Shown here one piece after another: positions 25,841-38,494 of a stretch of 64,000 nt of DNA. Made by a program: the position numbers and the translations under genes. The stretch is from Phoronis australis. Taxonomy: Eukaryota > Animalia > Phoronida. The first letter of the stretch is position 1; every line of letters starts with the position of its first letter. A model generated the notes under the pieces. That model was not told the DNA's origin. It searched no databases and saw nothing but the letters and a program-made list of their open reading frames with translations. The stretch lies in the NCBI GenBank assembly GCA_002633005.1, contig NMRA01000684.1:1-64000 (forward strand). Direction: 5' to 3'.

Positions 25841-28800
25841 ATGAAACCCGGAAGTTATATCCAAACGGACTGGCACAAAACCCACGAAGGGCGGGAAATA
25901 TTGACTTCAATTATGCACAGAAATATGCACCGTAGAAAAGTATTTGGTAAGTGTTAGACCGATTTTAACTTCGGTTGACTGTGCAAACCAATATGGCGGA
26001 AATTCAGCCAGGGCCCGGTCTCTAATCTTTGTACTCGAAACCAACTCGAAACTATTTTTGGCAATTTCTCTGCTCTTTTTGTGCGAACTTAAAATAATTG
26101 GTTATCAGACTGTGCTCGAATACATTATAGTTTATGCATAGGAGTTTCTAGTTCAAGTTTGCCCTTGAAGACCCTTATATTCGTGCTACAAACTCGAGTA
26201 AAAACTCGAAATTTCGAGTTCAAACTCGAACTTATTGCTTTAATATTGGTTTTACNNNNNNNNNNNNNNNNNNNNNNNNNNNNNNNNNNNNNNNNNNNNN
26301 NNNNNNNNNNNNNNNNNNNNNNNNNNNNNNTCAAAACGGAGAAAAGAAAAATGGATTTGTGAAGACAGGATTAAGTAGTAGGCCTACCAGAGCCTCTTAA
26401 AAAACACCCATCTTCGAAGTGACGTGAACAAATGTACAAGTTTTTTTTGGAAGAACAACTTCCATTCACGTCGACACGAGAACATAACTTTTTCTCCCAC
26501 AGCGGATTTTGGGGTCTCCGTACACTATGGAAGCTAACGCCTCTGCATTTCGCCTGCGTAGCCGAACAACCGGCCACACAGCAACCGACCATGATTAGCA
26601 GACGACGTACTTGCCGGAAATTACACCAGATAATTGAGCCAGGTGTCGCCAGTGAATAATGACGTAAAGGCTTGTGCGTAAGATCACAGATTTCGTCCAT
26701 TGAAAGTAAACGGAGTTGGCGGTCCATGTACTATAGTCTATGATTTTACAAACTGTGAACTAGGGCAATAAATTATCTACGTAAGTTATTGTGTTCTCGA
26801 GCATAGAATAATAGACACTTATCTTGAGTTCGCCCAAAAGTATAGTAGAAAATGCCAAACCTAATTTCGAGTTCCATTTCGAGTAACAAGATTGGAGACC
26901 GGGCCTAGAGCGAAAATTTGCTATTTTTTATGATTTTCACAAGGTCATATCTGTTAGGACACCAAATGGCAGAAAATGAAAAGTGTGCCAGAAGAGTATT
27001 TAAATTTTCTCCTTTCAATTAATATCCATTAGGGCATTGATAAATATTTTTAAAAATTCAAGTAATGCAAGCTCTTCGCACATTTTTTCTCTGCTAAACT
27101 TTTGCGACTTTAAGTGGGGGTCAGACTTTTTGCTGCTGGATGGCCGTTTATGAACCGATTCCCATGATTTTGATATCAAATGATTCTTGAAAATTTTCTG
27201 CATTCAACCCTGAATGTAAACTTTTCATTTTTATTGATTAAAATATTAGAAAATTTAATTTACACTTCACAACCTGCTAACTTCCCGACCTGAATTTTTT
27301 TAAAGTGTACACTAAATCTTATCATCAATCTCATCCTAAACCATTTCAATTAAACTTTAATCAGTTGATTAAATATGGTCTATCCAGGAACACATACAAA
27401 GAGGCAGGAGCAGTCAAATTTCAGTGTCCATGTTGACTTCTTCAAAGTTCAAGTTTATCTGGAACGTGATTGGTCAATTGTTGCTAGAGCAACCTGTCAG
27501 TAATTTTCACAGAATACACGAAATAGAACTTGGGTGAACAAAGTTGCTTAAAATATTACATAATATTTCTGAAATTAGAGTTCAAAATTTAGGATTGGAC
27601 TAAGTTTTTTGCATTTTATGAAAATATGTTCATTGTTAACACTTTCTTGCCTAGTAGGGACACTGCAAGCAGTTCAATTTTGTTTAAAATTTGATTTTCC
27701 TATAAATCACAGCAAAATCGAGGTGGCAGTGCCAAAAATTTCTTTTAGAATTTTTAGTTGACCCTTTTGGATGTTCCTAACTACAAAAAATTTCCATCAG
27801 GATATTCTTCATGCTGTATTAAATTGATTCAAAATTACAGAAAATTTTAGGGTTCCGTTGAAATTTTTTTTACTTCCAGTAGTATATTATAGAGTTATGA
27901 TTATAGAAGTATGGATCGGATATAAGAAAAAAGAATATTTCAAGTATAATAATAGTTATTCAAATAAATGACGAGTGAAATGTCGTAATTTCGACGTTTC
28001 GTCACTTTTTGTATGTATTTGCAATCAAAATTCTTTTTTTGCAATTTTTTAAAAAGAAATAAAACCTAAATGACTTTTTAGTTAACCATTACCAATTCTT
28101 GATATGTTCTGATGTTTTCAAAGACATCATTCTTTCAGATTTCAAATTATTCGTCTCCAAATTTTTGTTTTGGGTCCAAAAGTACTGTCACAAGCCAATT
28201 AAATTTCGAAATTTGGATTATTCCATCACCTGCAAAATACAACATTTCATGATATGGTTTTTATTTAATGTTGTTAACTTGAATAGAAAGTACTTGTCAT
28301 CTTGTTTTAGAGCAACAGTAGGCCAAAGTTTTTCAATTATACAGATATTTAAACTTGCCAACAAATTTGCCTTGAAATTTTTGAGGGTTCATTTGCTGAA
28401 AAAGGGCCATTTTTGAGGGTATAAATTTTAAATAACTTCAGAACCATCCACCGGATTTCAAAAATTCTAAAAAGTAATGTAAATGGTAGGTCAAGACCTA
28501 TCTGTTGAAACCATGTTCATGTGTTTCTGTTGAAATTGGCATTTTGGTTTGGTCATCCTAACTTTGGCTTGCCCTCAGCCTCGCCCGGATTGAATTTCAT
28601 TCATTGTTGGTTTCCATATGTTCAGTAACGCTAGGACCTGTGATAGGACCTTGCTAAAGTCTAGCCAAATTCACATGTTCTGATTTAAAATACATGGCAA
28701 TATCTCATGTAAACTGCCAACGACTTCGACTCCTGTGGTGCCTCCTTGTGGCAGTTTTTTGTTGCCCATAGTTGTATTTCCTAAACCCACTGCAAGATCG

Positions 28801-31764
28801 AGGACAACTTTCAGACAAATCCGACGAATGCTGTGCTCCTAGTGGCAATTTAATTTTTTTGTTTTTGTTTTCCTTTGTTTATCTGAAGTTCCGTGACAGA
28901 TGTTTATGAAATTTGGTAAATAGTTTTCTAAAAGAAAGGATGGCATGTTCCCGTTTTCGGATAGATTCAACGTAATTTGCACCATCTAGTGACCACTTTA
29001 TGAAACGAATAAACACCACTAGAAGCACACCGTTTGCGATGCATTTGTGGGAACATTTCAATGCCCCACGTTGCTCTTGATAGTACACAAAATATTACAC
29101 TTAGAGCCTTGAAAATTCACCACAACAAGGTGGTTGGAGAGTTGCAGTCTGAAATAAAATTGGGCAGAAATACCACCCTTTTGGTGTGGATTTTTGGACA
29201 GTTGACCTATTGAGCGTGAAAAGGTGTTATCAATGTTGTCCAGTATAAAAGTTTTAGAAATACACATTAATTCTTCACATATTAAGCTAAATATGTCCGA
29301 CACATGGAAATTCATTTTGTCGCATTGCTCAGTGGAAATGAGCTTTTAAAAATCTTGTTTTAATTAATAACGAAGTCAGTCGTTTATAAAAACTAACTTG
29401 ACAAATTCTTCATCTTCTGTAACATTGCCGTTAGTCTTGGTGCAAAGCTGTATACAAAATATACTAAATATAAATCTTGGTCCACTGGAGAGTCTTCATT
29501 TCAAGTGTCCTTATTGTGGTTCAGAACAGAAATATGATTGTATTTCAGGTTTGTTAGAACACCCAAGTTTTCCGCCTCAACAGACATTGCAGGAGTTTTC
29601 CTTCAAACTATTCGTTTCTGGCAAATCGGGTGTAGGGAAGACAAGTACAGTGGCAAAACTAGCTGGTGATGAAGTCCCCACAGCTCACTGTGAAACACCA
29701 GGTAACAGTGGTTTACATCAAATGGAAAAAATAACAGTAAAAATTTTTTCAGTTCGGGACACAGTATGGGCGAGTAAGACAAATTAATTTCATCTATGAA
29801 ATTCTCACCTGAAATAACTTGCCTAGAAACTTTGTTATATATTTTTTATCTTGTCTTGTATGATATAGCTGTCGCCAAAAATTTCCTGAAATTTTGGGGG
29901 TTTATAGCATATATGTAACAAGTCAATAAAAAAATTTATTTTCGTAATTATGTGTGTCCTGATTTGATTAAATTTCCTTGTGACTTACTTTTTTATTGTT
30001 CTTTTTGCTGTGCAGAATTTATTCAGTTTCCACCTTTTTCTGACAAATTTCAGTAAATGATTTCAACTTGAATGAGAATTCCAAATTTCAACGTATTTCA
30101 TTACATAGGCATACAAACCTCAGTTGTCTACTGGCCTGCAAGGATATTCCAACAGAAGAAGAATGTCATGTTCCGTCTACAGTTTTGGGATGCCGGGGAA
30201 AACGCATTAAAGAAGTTCGACCATGTATTGCCTGTAAGGACTTTGTGATTTACTGGATAATGTTTTGCATGTATTAAAGCTTGGCTGAAGCTACTATAGT
30301 AGAAGACAAAAGTCATCAGGCAAGATAAGATTTACAGTCATGACGTCTAATTTTGTTAATAGCAAAAACTTAATAATTTCATTTGATCAGTACAATGGGG
30401 CCGCCTGAGCGGCTTGCACACGTCTGGTACAATGTGCACCAGACTGCCTGCAATTATTTTTTGATGTATTGTGCTATAGGCGTGTCGTGATCAAGCCGAT
30501 GGAGTCCTCTTTCTGTTCTCCTTCATCGACAAATCGAGTTTTGACGACCTCCCACAACAAATGGCGCGGATTCTTCAGCCGACTGATGACATGTGCAAAC
30601 TTGTGATAGGAACAAAGTATCCTTTTTGTAAAGCACCTATATTGTGTTTGTTCACTGGTTATGACAATGTATAGTCTTTGTATGGTTTATGTTTTGTCTC
30701 AACAAGAAGTCTTTCCTAGTCTTAGAACATTTGAATATTCCGTTGTAAAATGGAACTGTAATAACTAAGTCCCAGTTGTAAAGAAGAAGACGGCACCTGC
30801 CCATTCACTACTTGCACGACTTCGCCATTAGTACTTGAAAACGAGGCGTTATGTCCTAACTACGATGGTTCTGCATGTTCGGAAGTATTCTTGCAGGGCC
30901 ACCAAAGTGTGCAAGCAGTGAATTCACACACAACTCTGCCATGTTTTATGCACGCTATTGGCTGTTCAAATATTCATTTTTTTGCATTCGCGTCAATTAT
31001 CTGCTAGACAGTTAAATCGAGTTATGAAGTTTGTCAAATGTTTCTATTGATGCGAACCTGACTGACATTAGTTTTGGATATTTTTGACTACTGCTAAGCT
31101 CCTTAGTGGCAGATTTGAAGAATCATCGTGGTAGACGGATGTCTATCAAGATGGCCATGACTGTCGCCGACCATGGACTAGATTCGACTGATATAACGCA
31201 GTGTAAGTTTAGTTTTCTCGGCAGCAATCTCGATATCTGCCAGAGTTGCATTTGCCAGTTATTCCATGACTAGCACTGCACCTCATAGACTCAATTTTAA
31301 GCTTACTCTAGTGCGTGGAAATGTTTTGAAAAACGAGCCCTCTTTAGGTCTTTGCATTTGTGACTTACACGCACATATCCTGTTCATAGTTCATTTCCAG
31401 GCAACTGGTTTGGTCACCCACTTGCCAAAATTATCAAAACAAAAAAAATAAGAATTAAGAGTCCTTCCATTTATGTTCAGTTACGGAACTTAACCAGAAT
31501 TTTAGGTATGATCTACTGTCCCATGCTGAGGTGTCGCAGAGAGACTTGTTGGAGTTCGAGTCTCAGTGGAATCTGCCCGTGTTGAAGACCAAAAATCTTA
31601 TTGACTACTACCAAACAGAGATGAAAACTGAGGTGAATGAGGTTGCTCCCATACTGAACAGGTTGTGCGAGTACCTGTGGCACAGGGATCAGATATTGTC
31701 CGGAAATGTGAAGGAGACTGGACTGCCGGGCTCAGAGTTGGACATGGCTCAGACACTGGTGTGA
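25841..31764 (+). CDS. CPLANE2: Ciliogenesis and planar polarity effector 2 (RSG1, atypical small GTPase), 5 coding exons
   Basis: Exons 25841-25946, 29549-29701, 30109-30233, 30480-30616, 31506-31764 with matching phases. Protein MKPGSYIQTDWHKTHEGREILTSIMHRNMHRRKVFGLLEHP...FKLFVSGKSGVGKTSTVAKLAG...ETPGIQTSVVYWPA...FRLQFWDAGENALKKFDHVLPAC...FLFSFIDKSSFDDLP...IGTKYD...VAPILNRLCEYLWHRDQ matches vertebrate RSG1/CPLANE2 as I recall it. Confidence 0.93.
26012..26904 (-). mobile_element. TIR DNA transposon derivative carrying a THAP zinc-finger ORF fragment (Harbinger/ISL2EU-like) in CPLANE2 intron 1; spans an assembly gap
   Basis: ~40-bp imperfect TIRs (ggcccggtctctaatctttgtactcgaaa / tttcgagtaacaagattggagaccgggcc), flanks cag/tag, subterminal ACTCGAA repeats. 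The internal minus-strand peptide MVGCCVAGCS...VSFHSV...W...YICSRHFEDGCF (26371-26592) fits the C2CH THAP signature. Confidence 0.75.
26256..26330. other. Assembly gap (N run)
   Basis: Run of n characters. Confidence 1.
30617..31505 (+). other. U12-type (minor spliceosome) GT-AG intron of CPLANE2
   Basis: Donor |GTATCCTTTTT at 30617; branch-site-like ACTTAAC at 31488-31494, about 11 nt before the AG at 31504-31505; no long polypyrimidine tract. Confidence 0.88.
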
Positions 31765-31995
31765 GGCTTAAGAGAAGTAAAAGATGTGATGGGCTATGCA
31801 AATGGAAGGGATGATGTTTGCGCCAGGAAACGTTCTGGCAGGCTACCGGGCTCAGATACTGGTTGGAGGCTTAAGAGAAGTGAAAGAAGTGATGAGGTTT
31901 GCAAATGGAATGAATGATAGTTTTGATAGGGAACTTCTGGAGGGCTACCGAGCTTAGAGTTGGAGATGGGTCGGACTTTTGTATGAGGCAGAAGA
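31715..31995 (+). repeat. Degenerate ~105-120-bp tandem triplication overlapping the CPLANE2 stop codon and 3' UTR
   Basis: ggactgccgggctcaga...gaggcttaagagaagt...tgcaaatggaa recurs at ~31720, ~31841 and ~31942. Confidence 0.75.
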
Positions 31996-33559
31996 TATGA
32001 AGTGAAAGACGTGAGAGAGGACTCTAAAGGAGATCTTGTTTGGAGCTGAGAGCTCGAGGGGAACTGTAGCAGAAAATACAAGCGATACAGGAATGTTGAA
32101 CATGAGAGTTGATTTACTTTGTTCAAGACCAATCCTGCTCTGGTGAAGAGTTTTGAACACCACTAGTGTAAATATGATGCCAACATTTGAGCTTGATATG
32201 TGTCGTCGTTCGATCTACAGTACTAGTACTTGAAAGCAGATGTGAAATGTGACCATATCTTTTGAGTCATAGAATTTCCAGAATGGTGAAGAGTTCAAGT
32301 CAATGAGCGGAGAAGGACGGAATGTCAATATCAATCATCAAGGACAACTAGGCAGAGCTCACAAGGTTGTAGAAAATACAGAAAGGTCAGATAATCGTAA
32401 GTGCCATGACTGAATTTCCAGTCGGTTATTTGACTTAATCATTCCATACCTAACCATGATGACCTGATGTGAGATGAGCAACAAGATGACGGTTTTGTCC
32501 TTGTTGCTTATTATGCGTAAGATCTTTAAATGGGCAACTAAATTAATGAGAAAAATCAGAGGTGTTATTGCTTGATGTGTCATGTCTTTCTCATAAAACA
32601 GGTTTTTGCCTGTTTAAAAAAGCCTGTTTATCATAAAACAGGCTTTGCCTGCTTATGAACTCCCTAAGCAGTGCCTCCTATTTATTTTGATTCTTATACC
32701 AAAATTATTTGTTAAACCATCATGTTTTTTACCTCGTTTCATTGTTTTCATTTAATGCCAACATTATATCGTTTTGTGTAAATTGGTCTATCTACTGTTT
32801 ATGGACGGTTAGATCTGTTAACTAATGTATAAGTAATGATACATTTTGAATGTTTTGTTCTGTTCACCCAGAGTCAACATGATAGGGTAATGTGGCACTG
32901 TCATTTAGAGAATGCCAAGTAAGTTTGAAATAATCACACCAGTACAGCTAAGAAATGTTGAGATATTTACAATCTGCAGATAATGCAAAGTCATTTCAAT
33001 GCAACAACAAAAACTACCTTTTGTTACAATGGTACTACTCTACATCATTGTATTACTCAGTGTAGGAGCAAGGAAGTGGAAGGTAGATAATCTATTATGG
33101 TCTATGGTAAGACTAATAACAGTGGCAGGAAACCATTTGTCACCAACACAAAGGGGAACCAAGTGACATACCTAAGATTTGTCAATGTTATAGGAGTCAG
33201 TCATTTAGATCAATCAGCTGTTGGAAATATTCCGTGAATTAAGTAACACAACACAACAGTAACGTTGTGCCAGCCACGAGGTCCTTCTATAGTGAATTAA
33301 AAATACCAGTGGCTCAAACAATATGAAGAATTAATGACCAGTAGGAGTGAAATATCCTTAGACTACCCTCGGTTCAATTAAATCATGCAAGAACCTTGAA
33401 CTGCATACTGTGATCATGTAATTAACACTTTCCCCAACTGCTAACCCATGATTGTGTTCTTGCAGTGTTCACCGGCCTTTAACTTGATCTTACTGGTGTT
33501 GATAAGCAGATTTGGAATTTCAAACCTTTGTCAGGCAGCTGTATAGGTTTGAGTTGACA

Positions 33560-36500
33560 TGTGATTTTTATATCGAGTCTGTCCAAAATTCTTTTTCTTT
33601 GGCAGCCGTCAAATTACATGACTTAGAGTAAATGATCACATGCTTCCTTTAGCTGGAGATGTTATTTCATTCTGCTTCATTTGGCAGCTGTCAGATATGA
33701 ATCTGCAAGATTCTGTCTCATTTGACAGCCGCCAAATTGTCCAACTTAACATCAGTGGTCACATGTTTCCCTATAACTTCTTCATGAATCTATCCAAGAT
33801 TTAGTCTTCTTGCTGCAAAATATGCGGCGTAAAAAATGGTCGGGTGCTTCCCTTTAGCGTGCTTCTTTGTACCTCAAGACATAATTTTCTTCGTGAATCT
33901 GTGCAAGATTCTGTCTCATTTGGCAGATGTCAAATTGTGCTGAGTTAACATAAGTGGTCGCATTCTTCCCTATGACTTGGAATGTTGTTTTCTTCATGAA
34001 TCTATCCAAGTGTCTTCTTTGGCAGCCATGAAATAATTCTTTTTAACATAAATGTTCATGTGCTTCCCTGTAACTGGACACGTTATTTTCTTCGTGCATC
34101 TGTCCAAGATTCTGTCTTGTTTGAAAGCCGTCAAATTGTGTGACTTAATATAACTGTTGCATGCCTCGCTATGACTTGAGATGTTGTTTTCTTCATGAAT
34201 CTATCCAAGTGTCTCGTCTGGCAGCCGTGAAATCATGACTTTTAACATCAATGTTCATGTGCTGCCCTGTAACTGGAGACATTATTTTCTTCATAAATCT
34301 ATCCCAAGATTATGTCTCATTTGGCCGCCATGAAATAATGGTTTTTACAGAAATGCTTGCGTGCTTCTCTGTAGCTCGAGACATTATTTTCTTCGTGAAT
34401 CTGTGCAAGATTCTGTCTCATTTGGCAGATGTCAAATTGTGCTGACTTAACATAAGTGGTCGCATTCTTCTCTATGACTTGGAATGTTGTTTTCTTCATG
34501 AATCTATGCAAGTGTCTTCTTTGGCAGTCGTGAAATTATGCTTTTTAACGTAAATGGTCACGTGCCTCATTGTAACATGAGACATTATTTTCTTCATGAA
34601 TCTATCCCAAGATTATGTCTCATTTGGCCGCCATGAAATAATGGTTTTTTACAGAAATGCTTGCGTGCTTCTCTGTAGCTCGAGACATTATTTTCTTCGT
34701 GAATCTGTGCAAGATTCTGTCTCATTTGGCAGATGTCAAATTGTGCTGACTTAACATAAGTGGTCGCATTCTTCTCTATGGACTTGGAATGTTGTTTTCT
34801 TCATGAATCTATCCAAGTGTCTTCTTTGGCAGCCATGAAATAATGCTTTTTAGCATAATTGTTCATGTGCTTCCCTGTAACATGACACATTATTTTCTTC
34901 ATGCATCTTTCCAAGCCGTCAAATTGTGTGACTTAACATAAGTGGTCGCATGCCTCGATATAACTTGTGATGTTGTTTTCTTCATGAATCTGTTCAGGAT
35001 TTTCTCTCTAGGCAGCCGTAAAATCATGTCTTTTAACATGAATGCTCTCATGCTTCCCAATAGGTCGAGACAATATTTTCTTGATGAATCTATGCAAGGT
35101 TCTGTCTTTTTAGCAGATGTCAAATTGTGCGACTTAAACATGAGTAGTTGCATGCTTCCCTACGACTTAGGATGTTGTTTTCTTCATGAATCTATCCACG
35201 TGTCTCGTTTGACATCTGTGAAATTATATGCTTTCTAACACAAATGTTCATGTGCTTCCCTGTAACTGGACACGTTATTTTCTTCATGCATCTATCCAAG
35301 ATTCCGTCTCGTTTGGCAGCCAGGAAATTGTAGCGGTGGTGTTATGTGCATCGTTGTGTGTTATGTGTGTGGTGGATGACCGCCGGTGTCGACCTGACGG
35401 ATAGATGCTCAGTCGTTTTGAAATTTGAGTATTGAAAAAGCGGGAGTAAAAGGAGATTTGAATTGATTAAAAATACATTCTTATTTATTGATGTTATCGA
35501 AAATTTCAAACAGTGGTTATGAGAAAGAGTTCATCAAAAACTATTAAGCAACTCTAAAACTTTTAGAAGAAATTATAGGTGACTTATAAGACATCACTCA
35601 TATTGCTAGGAGATCGGACTGGAGCGGGTTTCAAACCCCATACAGCCCGCCAAAACTGCTTCTGCGCGGCTTTTTATAACTAAACGAATGCACGTGAGGG
35701 TGAGTCCATGACATGAGTGACGTAATGAAACACCCCTATTAGAATAGTCAATGAATAAAGTGGCGCGAATCTGTAACTCTATAATTCACAAAGGGAGGGC
35801 GCGCCTGTCACAAAATTATGTTTTTTTTACAGAAATGCTCACGTGCTTCTCTGCAGCTCGAGACGTTATTTTCTTTGTGAATCTGTACAAGATTCTGTCT
35901 CGTTTGGCAGCCGTCAAATTGTGCGATTTCACATAAGTGGTCGCATGCTTCCCTATGACTGGCACTGTCATTTTCTTCATGAATCTGTCCAAGTGTCTGG
36001 TCTGGCAGCCGTGAAATCATGCCTTTTAACATAAATGTTCATGTGCTGCCCTGTAACTTAAGACATTATTTTCTTCATGAATCTATCCCAAGATTATGTC
36101 TCGTTTGGCCGCTATGAAATAATGGTTTTTTACAGAAATGCTTGCGTGCTTCTCTGTAGCTCGAGACATTATTTTCTTCGTGAATCTGTGCAAGATTCTG
36201 TCTCATTTGGCAAATGTCAAATTGTGCTGACTTAACATAAGTGGTCGCATTCTTCTCTATGGACTTGGAATGTTGTTTTCTTTATGAATCTATCCAAGTG
36301 TCTTCTTTGGCAGCCATGAAATAATGCTTTTTAACATAAATGTTCATGTGCTTCCCTGTAACATGACACATTATTTTCTTCATGCATCTTTCCAAGCCGT
36401 CAAATTGTGTGACTTAACATAAGTGGTCGCATTCTTCTCTATAACTTGGAATGTTTTCTTCATGAATCTATCCAAGTGTCTTCTTTGGCAGCGTGAAATT

Positions 36501-37720
36501 ATGCTTTTTAACGTAAATGGTCACGTGCCTCATTGTAACATGAGACATTATTTTCTTCATGAATCTATCCCAAGATTATGTCTCGTTTGGCCGCCATGAA
36601 ATAATGGTTTTTTACAGAAATGCTTGCGTGCTTCTCTGTAGCTCGAGACATTATTTTCTTCGTGAATCTGTGCAAGATTCTGTCTCATTTGGCAGATGTC
36701 AAATTGTGCTGACTTAACATAAGTGGTCGCATTCTTCTCTATGGACTTGGAATTTTGTTTTTTTTTTATGAATCTGTCCAAGTGTCTTTTTTGGCAGCCA
36801 TGAAATAATGCTTTTTAACATAAATGTTCATGTGCTTCCCTGTAACTTGACACATTATTTTCTTCATGCATCTTTCCAAGCCGTCAAATTGTGTGACTTA
36901 ACATAAGTGATCGCAGACTTCCCTATGACTGGCATTGCCATTTTCTTCATGAATCTATCCAAGTGTCTTCTTTGGCAGCCGTGAAATTTTGCTTTTTAAC
37001 ATAAATATTCATGTGCTTTCTTGTAACTGGGCACGTTATTTTGTTCACGCATCTATCCAAGATTCTGTCTCGTGGAAGCCGTGAAATTGTGTGACTTAAC
37101 ATAAATTGTCGAATGCCTCGCTATAACTTGCGATGTTCTTTTCTTCGTGAATCTGTCCAAGATTCTGTCTCTTGGCAGCCGTAAAATCATGCCTTTTAAC
37201 ATGAATGCTCTTATGCATCCCAATAGGTCGAGACATTATTTTCTTGGTGAATCTATGCAAGGTTCTGTCTTTTGAGCAGATGTCAAATTGTGCGACTTAA
37301 ACATAAGTAGTTGCATGCTTCCCTATGACTTGCGATGTTTTCTTCATGAATCTATTCAAGTATCTCGTTTGGCAGCAGTGAAATTGTGCTTTTTAACGTA
37401 AATGGTCACGTGCTTCACTGTAACTTGAGACATTATTTTCTTCAGGAATACAAGATTTTGTCTCGTTTGGCAGTCGTAAAATTATGCTTTTGTACTTAAT
37501 TGTTCATGAGCTTCAGTATAACTGGAGACATTGCTTTCTTCCTGAATCTGTGCAAGATGCTGTCTCGTTATGCAGCCGTCAAATCGTGCGGCTTAACATA
37601 AGTGGTCACATGTTGCCCCGTAACCGGAAATATTTTCTTCACGAATCTATCCCAAGATTCTGCTTCGTCTTACCTCCAGGAAACTATGGTTTTTAACATA
37701 AATTGTCACATCTTCCCTAT
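33560..37720. repeat. Satellite array, ~100-bp monomer with ~300-bp higher-order repeats
   Basis: ttttcttc(a/g)tgaatct anchor recurs every ~97-104 bp (e.g. ~33989, 34086, 34187, 34285, 34387, 34490, 34588, 34691); near-identical variants recur at ~304-bp spacing. Confidence 0.95.
35329..35812 (-). mobile_element. Solo LTR (484 bp, Gypsy-like) inserted in the satellite
   Basis: TGT...ACA termini, perfect 4-bp TSD AAAT (35325-35328 / 35813-35816); removing it restores a satellite monomer. Minus-strand TATAAAA (~35671) precedes AATAAA (~35484). Confidence 0.85.
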
Positions 37721-38132
37721 AGCATGAAATATCCGCACCAGATTGCATCATCAAAAGTCAGTTGAAAAGCTGCCAGCATCTGTGGTTAGCATGACCGGCT
37801 GCTAACCCAGCTGGGTCCGTCGAAGCACGCATGAAATATCCGCACCAGATCGCATCATCAAAAGTCAGTTGAAAAGGTCCTGCCAGCAAATCTGGTTAGC
37901 ATGCCCGGCTGCTAACCCAGTTGGGTCCGTCGAAGCACGCATGAAATATCCGCACCAGATCGCATCATTAAAAATCAGTTGTAAAGGTCCTGCCAGCAAC
38001 TCTGGTTAGCATGCCCGGCTGCTAACCCAGCTGGGTCCGTCGAAGCACGCATGAAATATCCGCACCAGATCGTATCATTAAAAGTCAGTTGAAAAGTTCC
38101 TGCCAACAACTCTGGTTGGCATTCCAGGCTGC
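37721..38132. repeat. Tandem repeat, ~110-bp unit x ~3.8, each with a GGTTAGCA...TGCTAACC hairpin
   Basis: gcatgaaatatccgcaccagat starts at 37721, 37829, 37939 and 38049; a diverged partial unit occurs at ~40611-40672. Confidence 0.92.
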
Positions 38133-38494
38133 AAAAGTGTGTCTATGAGGAAGTTATGTGAAAAGCAATTCCAGCCCTCCAGACTACAAGCGGTAATACC
38201 TGCATTTCAACCTCGGAATATGACTCCACTGCACTGGTAAAGCCACGAATGTAGTGGATTTCAACAATAGGTAAAACATCCTTCAGATTCCAAAACATTT
38301 TCACAGTTAAGAATCAATGCATTACCTGGGTAAGAGAGGACACGTATGAATAGTCTATAATGAGCAGACATTGTATCAAATGGTGATGGATTATTGGGAT
38401 GCCATACAGCTTACAGTTTAAGCAGTGCTTGATGTTCAGCTGTTTGAAGGCTCTTTAATTTGATGAAGTCCACTTTTCCATGACGTATTGGGTT

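Noticed and set aside
26905-28600. AT-rich intronic stretch that looks like a non-autonomous DNA transposon
   Set aside because: Could not define TIRs, TSD or a second copy by eye.
33560-38132. Regularly spaced repeats resembling a CRISPR array
   Set aside because: The sequence between anchors is itself repeated (no unique spacers), there are no cas genes, and the context is eukaryotic: satellite DNA.
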